Below the pieces are notes generated by a model. The model was given only the letters and a program-made list of their open reading frames with translations. It was not told where the DNA came from and searched no databases. This document shows positions 1 through 10,405 of a DNA stretch of 20,000 nt, piece by piece. The translations under genes and the position numbers were made by a program. Every line of letters starts with the position of its first letter. The stretch's first letter is position 1. Origin of the DNA: Raillietiella orientalis (lineage: Eukaryota); contig JAYWIR010000095.1 in the NCBI GenBank assembly GCA_036172245.1, forward strand, positions 231,793 to 251,792. Reading direction: 5' to 3'.

Positions 1-399
1 GTCGTCGCCACTGCGACGAGTCGAATGTCGAAGGCCGGATCCTCGGAAACGCAGCGCACCACTCGAAAGAGGATGCCGACTTGCAGGAAGTGAGAAATCT
101 GGATTCCTGACGGGATTTCAAGGAAAGATTTCCCGCTTTGGATGCAGCTGTCCTTCCTTTCCCGAGGACGCGCCTCTGCAGCGGGAAGGGACCATTCACG
201 CGATTTTCGAGATCCCGTTGCACGTGGACTGCGAATGCCAAGGGCGATGAGCACATCACCGACCGCACGGGGAATTGCCAGGCGGACAATTGCCAAGCGA
301 CGACCGGCCTCTCGGAAGAGCGGACCAGATTGCTGCCTTTCCAAAGCACTCGACCGCACAAAGGAGAGGCGAACGGACATACGTTGCTTATGAAAATTC

Positions 400-438
400 C
401 GAATGCGACGGGGGTTCTCATAACCCCCGTCGCACTCG
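400..438. repeat. Inverted repeat / hairpin with a 13-bp perfect stem and 5-nt loop
   Basis: 404-416 TGCGACGGGGGTT is the exact reverse complement of 422-434 AACCCCCGTCGCA. After one mismatch it extends 3 more bp (400-402 with 436-438). Confidence 0.9.
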
Positions 439-3400
439 TCTGCATGGGGCGGGGTGGCTGTGCAGGATTGGAATCCCTTATCCAGCGACGACTTCTACGA
501 GATCTCGAGGAACGACATCCCTTCTCCCGACCACCCTTCCGGACAGAGCATCCTCGCCGCTGCCATCGTGCAAGAGGTGCCTCTACCACGTTCAGATGGA
601 GGCGCGCACCTCGGGTGAGGGAAGTTTCTTCGTCTCTCAACCGGCACCTAGGCTTTGGGAACACGTCGAGACGGTTTTTAGGGGAAGAACTCCTCGTGCC
701 TCCAGGTTGAGAGCTTCCTTCCCAGCACGGATGTTGCAGTTTTCCGATTGCTTCCTGAGAGCACCGAGAAAAACGAGAAGAGCAGCCGAGCACTTTGCAG
801 CCTCGAAGCGCGCTCTTTCTGTGGGCTCGTGGCAGAGCGCCTGCGCGCTTGGCGGAGCGGAGGTGTCTTGGCCTTCCAGACGGAATCCCATTGCGCCCTC
901 CAAAAATCGAAAGTGGTTTGGAATTGGGGAAGTGCGTTCGTTGAAGCCCATTCGGAGAAAGATACAGATAGAAGATGCCGAGGGAACAAACGGAAAATAT
1001 GGCAACGAGACGCCAGGAGCATGGAAGAGAGAAAAAGGAAACATGCAAACGTGGAATGCATCATGTGCCATTTACCCTTTGCTCGTTGCGAACAGCAGGG
1101 AGCTCCTGCAAGGGGAATGCTCACTTGCTCGATCGGAAATTCACATCAATGCTGGGTAGCAACTATTCCAGACGAACGGTGGTTATCCGGACGGTGGGGT
1201 GTGTGGTGAAACGTGGACGGTTCCAGGAAGAAACCTTGTCGGGAATCCCTACGGACGCGCTCGTCTTGTTCTTCCTAGTTGGCACGTCGGAGCGCGTCCT
1301 TCGGCACAGAGGCGAGGGAGCGAGCGGGTTGACATGCCTACTAGCTCCGCGGACCACGGCAGCGATCGCGCCTCACACCTCCGCCCTTTGACATGCTGTG
1401 CTTGCGCCTACGACCCTTCCGTCGCCAAGCTTGTTTGTAAGACAAAGGGAAATACGAAGAGAGAATGTTGGAAGACTGGTGTTTGAGTGGCCAAATGCGC
1501 CGACGCCGAGGTGCAGCGCGGCGGACACAAGGCGCAAGAAGAAGCGTGCATCCATGTTTTTGCCTGCACCAACCGATACCTCGCGCCTGGAGGTGTCATT
1601 TTGAACTTTGGGCGCTGTTCGGCACGCTTGCCGCTGGTGTTGTCTGGAGATACCTCAAGGAGAACAGCGGGAATTCGTGGAACGAGAAAGAGTTAGCGAC
1701 TGCGAGCGCCCACCCGACGGATGGAAGCGTCGCATGAGCTGACAACAAAAGGCTTCCGGGAAGAAAAGGTTGACGATCTGCGTGCAAGATCCGATCTCAG
1801 GAATGAAGAACCCGCTTTCCTCCACCCAGAACAAAGCCAAACGGGTGATGAGAATGGCTGCTGCTGCCTCCTTCCCAGCAAGCTTCCCAGCCTTTCGACT
1901 CTGGCCCTTGCGGAGCATCGTGGACTCTTCGTGAGAAGCTGGATGCTTACAAGACGCATGGAAACTGCAAGCGCAGAGCGAGGGACTCGCGGTGTTCCCC
2001 ACAGTCCACCCTGCTGAATGCAAGCGACCGCGGTGGACTCTTGGTGAAGACCAAAGCGAAGTCGCTCCTCAACATCGCCGCATGCCTTTCGACCGGCAAA
2101 AACGAAGAAGTCGCAATCCGTAAGCATGCCCTTCAGCAAAAAGAATACTAAAGGAGAGAGAAGAGCAGAAGGAGCCGCGTGTAGCTGTTGCCAACGACTG
2201 ATCGACGCTTCCCCATCCAGCGGACGGTTCGGCATGTGTGGAAAGAAGTCTTCTGCTATGCACAGGGTCGAGAATGCGGAAGAGACGGGAGGGTATCCCA
2301 CCACTATTCCCTTCTTGACTCTCGTCCACCGCTGTCTGCACCGTGAAGGCGAATCGACGAAGGGACACACGCTGCACGATGTGCAGCTAGGAGAGTCGAA
2401 GCTCGAAATTCGTTTTCACGAAGGGCCAAAGCGTGGTCCATTGTCTCATCCTGGAGAACCAATTTCAGAAACAGCCTTAGTGGCTGCTCGGTGAGCGTGA
2501 CGAGGGGGGGGACTCGAAGCATTCGGTAGCCAAAGAGTTGCTCGCGCTCCGATTTCTCCCCCTCTTGAGAAGGGTGGACGAGGGTTGTCAGAGCAGGGTG
2601 GACACGGCCCGTTCGAGCGAAAGGCGTGCAGCCAAGAAACGGGCGGAAAGAGTGGCCACGCGGAGACGATTCGCGTGGGCTGCAAGCGAAGTGGACGCGC
2701 ATGACCCTTCCCAATCCGGAGCGACGGAACATCGGAAACTCCAGCTACCCTTGCTTCCTCCCCGTGGCGAAAGAGGGAAAATCCGTGGTAACAGCATGCG
2801 GGAGCTTGTTTGCTGTTGGTTCGCCTGCAGCGAGGTCAAGGGACGGACGTTTCTGTTATGCATAGGCACCGCGCTCTTTGCTTGCAACCGTCAGCTCTTC
2901 GATGAGGAGGCGAACTGCACTCGCGTGCGACAGCCTCACGTCACGCTTCCTCGCATTGGGCTGCCGGTGTCCACTCCCAAGGGCAGTGGTTCGTCACCCT
3001 ACTGCTTTCGAAGAAACCTTTCATTTCCCTTCGGACCTCTTGGAACGAAAAAGTACAACGCCAGATGCGTCTTCGGACAAGCAGGCAGGCCGCTGTATCC
3101 GTCCGAACACCTCGCCGACCACTTCCAGAGTCCAGCTCGCGTTCCCGTTCGCATCCGCGTGGAGGCGGCTGGTGGCCGCCAGCAACCTGGCCAGGCGAAG
3201 TCAACGAGCGTGCGCATGTGCTCGGGGCTGCAGAGTGCGAAGCCAGCGGCGCTTGCACGTGGCGAACGGGAGGCTGCGAATTCTCGTTGCCACAGCGACG
3301 GTCGGCACGAGCGAGGAAAAGGCGAAGCGAAAGCGTTCGAAACGGCGCTCCGGCGTTCTCGGGATGGTGTCTCGTACACTTCAGTGTTGTTGCCCTATTT

Positions 3401-3439
3401 GCTGACTTCAACCAATCACAAAGTGCGACATACTTTCAG

Positions 3440-3558
3440 GATCGTGTCTTTCGCTACTCGAAGAACCGGAATTTGCAGTCCCTTTGCGGAACATCACCGT
3501 GCCAGCCGGACGTGACGTAACGCTACTCTGCGCCGTTAATAATCTGGGAAAACTGAAA
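3440..3558 (+). CDS. DIP/Lachesin-like exon A: probable end of signal peptide and N-terminal half of Ig1 (xSCLSLLEEPEFAVPLRNITVPAGRDVTLLCAVNNLGKLK)
   Basis: Acceptor tactttcag|GA (phase 1), with an alternative in-frame acceptor giving a start at 3464. Donor AAA|GTAAGC at 3559 (phase 0). In-frame TGA at 3403-3405 with no Met before the exon, so an upstream exon is required. NIT sequon and first Ig cysteine present. Confidence 0.88.
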
Positions 3559-4634
3559 GTAAGCGGAATGAAGTGTTCTGACGTGAGCGTATGTCTGTGT
3601 GGCCCGTCGGCGACTGCCCGTGCCCTGGCGCGGTACCGTCCCGCTGCGCGGTTCGTGCGCGCAATGCGACGCGGCGGACGCGACCGCTTCGAGCGAGCGC
3701 GCTGCGCTCCGAGGGGTGCCGACCAGCCGGCGTGGCTCCCCCACCGTTTTCCTGGCTTCCGCTTCATCCCTGCAACTCCGATGTCCGTCGATCAAGCTGC
3801 GATCATCCCGACGACCTGGGTAAACGTGACCGATCTTTCGTCGGGCATCGTCTTTCCCGACACCTGCGTCCCGAGACCCCTGCGACGCACACGTCGGCAG
3901 GGCGCCTGAGCACCTTCCCGACGCGCGAGGGTTCGACTCGCCCGAAAGGTTCCTCCGCACCCCTACCCGCAAGAAATTTCAGTAGTGAGCACCCTGCCAG
4001 GGTCTGTTCAAGGAAAGGTGCGGTGCTCCTCCCGCTTTTCCGCTTGCACGCTTCGGGAGCGGCAGCGGCGAGGCAGACGACAAAGCGGCCACCGTGGACA
4101 GTGCAGACAGTGCACATCTTCTCTTTCCTAGCACCGGGACCCGCGGCGAGCGACCGGGTGGCAGGGCGTGCCCGCAGGCTCCGCTTCCTCCTCAGCACGC
4201 TCGGCTGCGAGAAGAAGGGGGGGGGGGGACGCCACCGGTCTCGGGCTTCCGGCAAGCGCGCAAGCGACGCCTTTCGAATGCTAAAAGGAGCGCGGGCGAG
4301 TTCCAACGGGGACGTTCCCCCCCCCACCCCCACCCTCAACGAAGAAAATGAAGGAGGTTGTGAGGGAGAAGGGCAGGATGCACGGGCCAGGCTCGGCGCA
4401 TTGTTTTGGAAAAACGACGTGAAAGGGTTTGGGAAGCAGGGAAGGGAGAAGCAGTTCAGGACGCCGACACGAAACCCGAAAGCAGAAGGAGGTTGGGTGT
4501 CTCCCAACGCATCTGAAGCGAACCCTCACCGGCAGGTTCAGGCAAGGAGAAGCGACTGGCGCGAACGCAGATGGCGCGAGAATCCATCCCGAGCGCTCCT
4601 CCTCACTCCGCAGGTGACCGTGCTCTTCTTGCAG

Positions 4635-4845
4635 GTTGCTTGGATACGTTCGGACAACGTGTCGGCCCTGTTGTCCGTCCAGGAGGACGTCATCACAAAG
4701 AACCCTCGAATCTCCGTCCACCACGAAAATTACGCCGTGTGGTTGCTCCGCATCCGAGACGTCGAGGTCGGTGACGCTGGAAGGTACATGTGCCAGATCA
4801 ACACTCCGCAGACGAAGACACAGAATGCTTATTTGAATGTAGTGG
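4635..4845 (+). CDS. DIP/Lachesin-like exon B: C-terminal part of Ig1 (VAWIRSDNVSALLSVQEDVITKNPRISV...DAGRYMCQINTPQTKTQNAYLNVV)
   Basis: Acceptor ctcttcttgcag|GTT (phase 0) and donor GTGG|GTACGT at 4846 (phase 1). Contains the Ig Trp, the L.I..V...D.G.Y.C motif and the DIP-type CQINT. Confidence 0.95.
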
Positions 4846-5486
4846 GTACGTACAGTGGAGTGTACGGATTCGCGAGTGCGGAGTCGCACCCTCCGATCGA
4901 TGGCAGCAGCCGCTGGCCATTCAAACACTTCACTTTGCTCCGAGCACGTGGTAAACGCCCCCTGCGGGCCCCGGGGACGCGCGCGCGCAACCGTCTGCCG
5001 TCGAAATCGCTCGCCGCGTTCCACGTACGGCAAAGAGAAAGTTGACCAGGAGCGAGGTCCACAGCTCGACCAGGAAGGCTGCAAGGAGATCCTCGCTCAC
5101 CGAATGCTCGTCCTGCCGGGAGCCAACTGCGGAGCGGCACGCCCACCGTCGGGCGCCGTGCAAGAGAACGCGACAGCTGCGCGTTTCGCGTGCAGTGCTC
5201 TCCGCTCGCGCGACCCCGGTCGCTTGCTCAACGCTCCCCGCTTGCGAAGAGCACCCATTCGGTAAGCTCTCCCTCCACCGGATGGCTGGCGCCACCCAGC
5301 GTTGGCGGTTGCTGGTGCTTTCCGCCAGCCCGAAACAACCCTCACGATCGTTCCGTCCGCGGCCTAAAGCGCAAGCCCTGCCGGTTCCCGCGCTGTCGCA
5401 AGGGGGCACTCTGCCCTCACCCAACCAACAGCGGTGGAAGTCCGCTGCTCTGCAAGACCGCAATGACGGCGGCGTCTCTTTCGTAG

Positions 5487-5645
5487 TTCCTCCCGACATC
5501 GTCGATTCCGAAAGTAGCAAGGACATGGTCGTGCAGGAGGGAAGCAACGTCACCCTGACCTGCCGAGCAGTCGGATCTCCGACGCCCACCATCTATTGGC
5601 AGCGTGAAGACCAACAGCACATTACGGTCAACCAAACTTTCTCAA
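5487..5645 (+). CDS. DIP/Lachesin-like exon C: N-terminal part of Ig2 (VPPDIVDSESSKDMVVQEGSNVTLTCRAVGSPTPTIYWQREDQQHITVNQTFS)
   Basis: Acceptor tctctttcgtag|TT (phase 1) and donor TCAA|GTAAGA at 5646 (phase 1). Canonical EG.NVTL.C.A.G.P.P.I.W.RED motif. Confidence 0.95.
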
Positions 5646-6401
5646 GTAAGACGACTTTCTGCGCTTCCCATCTTCCGCGTGGCGCGACCTTGCGGAAGCG
5701 TTGCCAGCTGGCGCGAACAGTCGCGATTTCCTCGCGATTCCGCACCACGCACCCTACCCAACAAGTACCAATTTGAGAACGGGAAGCTGCGCGCGTCCAT
5801 TCCTGTTGGTTGACAACGTGTCGATCGGTGCTTCGAGATCAACCCCCAGCGTTGCTACGCAACGAGGCAGCGCAGAAACGTGGTGCGTTGGTGCGACTTC
5901 CCGATTTCCTGATCGTCAGTCAGACCACCCCGAGCGCCGCTTGCGCACCACGCCTAGTTCGCACGCCGACGCGACGGCTGCGCGCCGTTCAGCAGTCGAA
6001 GCCTCGGCGCAGCAAGGAAACGAACGTCCCTGGGAGGGGACACGAGCAACAGGTCAACGGTGGAACGCAACATGCTGGAGAGCCGCGAGCACGGAAGTTC
6101 AGCTGGCGTCGGAAGCACAAATTGGGAATCGAAAGGCTGCCGCTTTGGCAGACGGAGAGAGGAGCTCTTCGCGGCTGACGACCAGAACTGCACGCTCCAC
6201 GCCAACGCAGCGAATGGGGGAGCCAACGGCCACGGGCGTCCTGGCGTATGTTCGTGCTGGCGACCGCAGCCATTGCGCGGACGACAAGGATCGCCCGCCG
6301 CTGGCACGACTGAACGCCGTTTCCCCGTCGCCTTCATCCCGGTTTCCCGGAAGAATTGTGCACGGTGATGCGCTCTCTAGTACGGCCACGCGGAGGCGCA
6401 T

Positions 6402-6456
6402 CATCCCCGCCCACCATCCCCGCACCACCATTCCCGCACCACCATTCCCGCACCAC
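6402..6456. repeat. Minisatellite, about 4 copies of a 14-bp unit CAT(T/C)CCCGCACCAC, in the intron between exons C and D
   Basis: Units read directly: 6402-6414 CATCCCCGCCCAC, 6415-6428 CATCCCCGCACCAC, 6429-6442 CATTCCCGCACCAC, 6443-6456 CATTCCCGCACCAC. Confidence 0.9.
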
Positions 6457-7242
6457 CGCGCGCGCCCTCTCCGATGCCCGATTTCCTCGGTGGCCCGCTG
6501 GCGATCTGTGAGTGCATCCGCAGAGCGGAAGAATGGCAGAGCGCACTTCTTCCCTTTCGACTGCGGGCTCAGCAGCGGTTGTTTCCTGCGTTCGCGCGCA
6601 CGCGCAGAAGTCTCCCCGAGGTTGGACCGCCACCATCGTCTTCCGTTCGTGTTCGGAGGTGTTCCGCGCACCCACGAAGTGCATGGGCCGATGCGGCCAC
6701 ACCCAGACGGGACGCGCGGTTTCTTCCGTCGCCAAACGTGCAGGCGCCGTCGGCACCGCCCGCCCAACCTGGAGACCTTCTATTCCCTTCTCAGGCTGCC
6801 GCGAACTCGTCAGCTTCTCTCCCCACCCTCACGTGCGCATCGGTCGCCGCTGTCCCTGAGCAACAGCAGGCTCCTCGGCGGAACGACACTTCCCCCGAGG
6901 CCTGCGCAACCCAGAACGCCTCTTGGAAACCCGAAAATTCCCGTGCGGCCGTTCACGCAAGCACGCGACGCACGGTGACCTGAGGTAAGAAAAAGAATGT
7001 TCTGGATGGATTCGAATGCTCCCCCTGGAATTTTCGCCGCCGCCGGACCGCGGAAGGAAGGATGAGCAAAGAGCGTCCTCCGCGAAGAACGGGCTGCCAC
7101 CATCGGCGACGGCGAGCCGCAGGCGGGGGCCAGCACCGCCGCATGTCCGTGGGTCGCTCGCACGCGTCTCGGAGAGCGGCGGATGGCGTGCGCTGCCGGT
7201 CGTCGCCTCAAGCAGCGTGCATGCTCTGCTCCTCCTTTTCAG

Positions 7243-7371
7243 CTTGGAGAGTGGGTGGCGACACGCTGACCCTTCCTGTCATCCGGAGGATGTCCTCGGG
7301 CAACTACTTGTGCGTGGCCTCCAACGGAGTGCCGCCGTCCGTCAGCAAGAGGATCAAAGTCCAAGTGGAAT
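7243..7371 (+). CDS. DIP/Lachesin-like exon D: C-terminal part of Ig2 (TWRVGGDTLTLPVIRRMSSGNYLCVASNGVPPSVSKRIKVQVE)
   Basis: Acceptor ctcctccttttcag|CT (phase 1) and donor GAAT|GTAAGT at 7372 (phase 1). Family signature YLC.ASNGVPPSVSKRI. Confidence 0.95.
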
Positions 7372-8374
7372 GTAAGTCGGCAACGGGTGAAGCGTGCGCG
7401 ATCCGGGCGCGCCGTGGAGTCGAGGCGTGGCGCGGGATGCGCGCACGTGCGACAGCGGTCACCTGCACGCTCGATGTGTTTGCGTGGAGGAGGGAGCGCC
7501 CCGGGCGTTTCTTCCGCCGTCTTCCCGGAGCGCACGCACCACCAGAGCGCTTTCGCTTCCTCCCCACACGTTCGGCATCGGCCGAACTCCGTGCGAGTCG
7601 CGAAGGTGGCCGCCACCTCTCCGCGACACGAGCGTGGCGCTCGTGGCCCGGGAGGAGCAGGTAACGGGTCGAGCCGTTCGCGCGGCGAGCGCACGCCGCG
7701 GCGTCAGCAGCAACCGCCAAACCGCGGGCGTGTCTTTCGCTCCCGCTGTTCCCCGATTTCGCGCTCTCTCGGAAAGCCGCAACGGTTCGCGGAAGGCGCG
7801 ACGTCCCGAGGCGTTGGCTTCCGCGGTAATCGAAAAAGCCTTAATTGGGGCCTTTTCGCCACCTGCGTGACCCGTGCTCCCGGGCCGCGAATTCTCTTGC
7901 ACGATGCAGCTGCCATCGTCAAATTCTCGTTTTTCCGGAGAAGACCTTCTCTCCGGGAAACAGGGGAATTCCATCGGGAGTGGACTTCCGCCCCCTCGGC
8001 CAAACTGCCCCTCGCGACGGCAAACTCGAAAGACAGCAAACGTGCGGGCGTGGCTGCCACGAATGCCTGGCGATGCGCGGGCGGAGGCCCGCAAATCGGG
8101 AATGCGACCGCAGCCTCAACAGCCTGGACGCGGCCCGCACGTCACCCCGATTCGCCGCGAGCTTCGCTAACTTTCTACGCCTGCCTATCGTGCCGGGCGC
8201 TGTGGGTCGACGGCAGGAAACCACGGGTCGCCTCCGCAGAGGCTGCGGAACGTTTCGCGGTTCCTCTCCCGTGCACCGTCCGCCCGCTGTCCTGCACCCC
8301 GGACGAAACCGACAGCGACACTCTCGCCGCGGTAGTGTGCTTCTTGACCTCGTAGCCTCTCTCTCCTCTTGCAG

Positions 8375-8668
8375 TTCCCCCAGCCATCGAGGTCCCTCGC
8401 TCTGCGGTTGTATCGGCGCGAGGGGAGGACGCCCACCTGGAGTGCTTGGCGGAGGCTCATCCCCCCGCGCTGAGCCTGTGGGTGGCTAAGGAGGATGAGT
8501 TCATCCAGGAGGGTGAAAAGTACCACATGGAGACGAGGGAGGGCAGCTCGGAGTACCAAATCCGCATGCTGCTGACGGTGCGCGGGGTGCGCGGGAGCGA
8601 CTTCGCCACCTACAAGTGCAAGGTGAAGAACCCTTCGGGGGAAGCGGAAGGACTGGTCCGCCTGCTCG
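8375..8668 (+). CDS. DIP/Lachesin-like exon E: Ig3 (FPPAIEVPRSAVVSARGEDAHLECLAEAHPPALSLW...VRGSDFATYKCKVKNPSGEAEGLVRLL)
   Basis: Acceptor ctctctcctcttgcag|TT (phase 1) and donor CTCG|GTGAGT at 8669 (phase 1). Motifs LEC..EAHP and DF.TYKC..KN..GE.EG..RL match DIP Ig3. Confidence 0.95.
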
Positions 8669-10405
8669 GTGAGTGAGATCAGCGCGCGCGCGCCTGCGCC
8701 AAGCATCCGTGCGCGGGTGCTCGCGCTACTTCGTCCATGCCGAGTAACACCTACTCTGTTCCCCTGCGCTCCGGAGAGGGGAGGATGGCATCACCCGCTG
8801 CTTTGGAAGCGACCCGTCGTCCGTCCGCACGGTGCGTGCCGGGACCTGGCTTTCGCCTCCATCGAGGCCGACGCGTTCGACAGAACTCGCTCGACTGACG
8901 CGCCACGAAGCGAGCCGCACAAGCACGTCGAAGGATGGGCAGCTCTCGTCGCTGGCAAAGTCCCCGCTGCCCGCACCTCCGCGAGCTGACCCTTCCTTCC
9001 TTCCGGATGTCCCGGATATTGACGAATCTCGCAGAGGGACGAATCTCTCTGCGCCTCCTCCTGATTGACCAGCTTTCTCAGAGCACCGGAGGCATAGAAT
9101 AACAATCATGTCATTTCTCTTTGTCGTGACGTGGTGCGCGCGGACCATCTCGCCTTCCCTAGCGCGCAAGGGTCCGCCTGAGATGGCCACCTCATTCTGG
9201 AGACCGCGGCATTCGCTCCAGGCGTAGCTGGTTCAGCTGCCGGAGCGCGGAAGGTGTGGAAGCAGGCAATGCGGATGCGCTGCCGCATCCTATGAGGAAT
9301 CGCACCCTCGTGAGCGCGTCTCATCGGTGAAGGCGGGCAGTGGATCTGCGTCGTCAAGGACACACGACAGGAGACAAGGTCGGTTCTCTGCCTTCGCCTA
9401 GCGGTCCTTGTCCTGCGCAGCGCCTAGAGAGCAGGAGCAGACGGAAGTCAGCAGAGTGACGCGGCGAACTCGAATGCGAGCGCCGGATGAGCGTACGCAA
9501 GAACGCTGCTGATGGTCGCTCTTGCAGGTGACGCTGCTGCGCGGTCCTTCAAGCCGCCCACGAAAGAGGACGACGTTTGCGACGCGGGCCATCGAAACCC
9601 GAGATCTCCCTTCGGCTCCGGGTTCGGTTTCCCGAGTGTTCCGCACTCGGTTCCTTGCGTGTTGAGACGCCTACTTCCCAGGAGGAGACGACAGAGCCGC
9701 GTCCTCGCGCACAACGGGAAGCCCCGGCTGCTTACCGACCGCATATCCGGTCTGCTCTCTCGGAACGGCGCTCTCCTCACCGCTCCGACGACCTCGGTCG
9801 CTTCTCGCCGCCCGGCCCCCGCATGCAGAAGGATCGTTTCCCTTGCTGCTTTCACCTGGCATTCCTCTCGAGGCGACCCACGGGGGAGTTCGGGGCTTTG
9901 GAGCGCTAGCCGCGGCACTTTGCTAACCGGCGACCGGTACGCTCGCCCGAGCGTGCACGAGGGGTGCTCGTGGCGCGTGGCCCAACGGCCTGTTCGAAGG
10001 GCAACTGCTCTCGGGAAGAGGTCGCCAAGGTCGTCTGCTCCTGTGCTTCACGGTCGGGCTCATTTTTGCCTTCTCGTCGCGCAAACGTCCCCAAGGGCGC
10101 CCGTCCCGTTCCGAAAAGTTTCTGATAAGCCAAAGCGCCCCTAAGAAGAATCGTGAAGCGAACTAATGTCGATCAATCAGCGGGCTGCAGGCAGTGGAAT
10201 TGCTCTTGCGGGCCTTCCTGATGGTGCGGAAGAGATTCGCGCAGGAAAACTGGGCGTCCCCTGTGCCGTTGGGTGGTAGAAGAGAGGCGGTCAGCGCGGC
10301 CGGGAGAAACACAACGAAGTGGCACTCCGTTTAAACCAATGAGGGCAAACGCTGCAAGACGCAAGCCTTCACCGTCGGGTCACCAGGCGCCTGAGATGCA
10401 GGAAA

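Noticed and set aside
138..3405. Overlapping 100-325 aa ORFs upstream of exon A
   Set aside because: No recognisable domains, similar ORF density in all six frames, and no convincing exon chain.
3591..5045. 484-aa ORF as a single-exon gene
   Set aside because: Only 4635-4845 is Ig-like and it is bounded by splice sites. The rest is intron that happens to be open in GC-rich DNA.
5701..6978. 425-aa ORF in the intron between exons C and D
   Set aside because: Non-ATG start, Arg/Pro/Ala/Ser-rich, crosses a minisatellite, and has no recognisable domain.
7372..7664. Strong donor CAG|GTAACG at 7661 as an alternative 3' end of exon D
   Set aside because: It would be phase 2 and shift the frame of Ig3. 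The extension is Arg-rich and not protein-like.
8682..8693. (GC)6 and other purine-pyrimidine alternations (for example 16793-16818) as Z-DNA elements
   Set aside because: Short and common throughout this CpG-rich window, with no specific signal.
9528..9630. Phase-1 acceptor gctcttgcag|9528 with an open frame (GDAAARSFKPPTKEDDV...)
   Set aside because: I found no convincing phase-1 donor to close the exon, so it is left out of the model.
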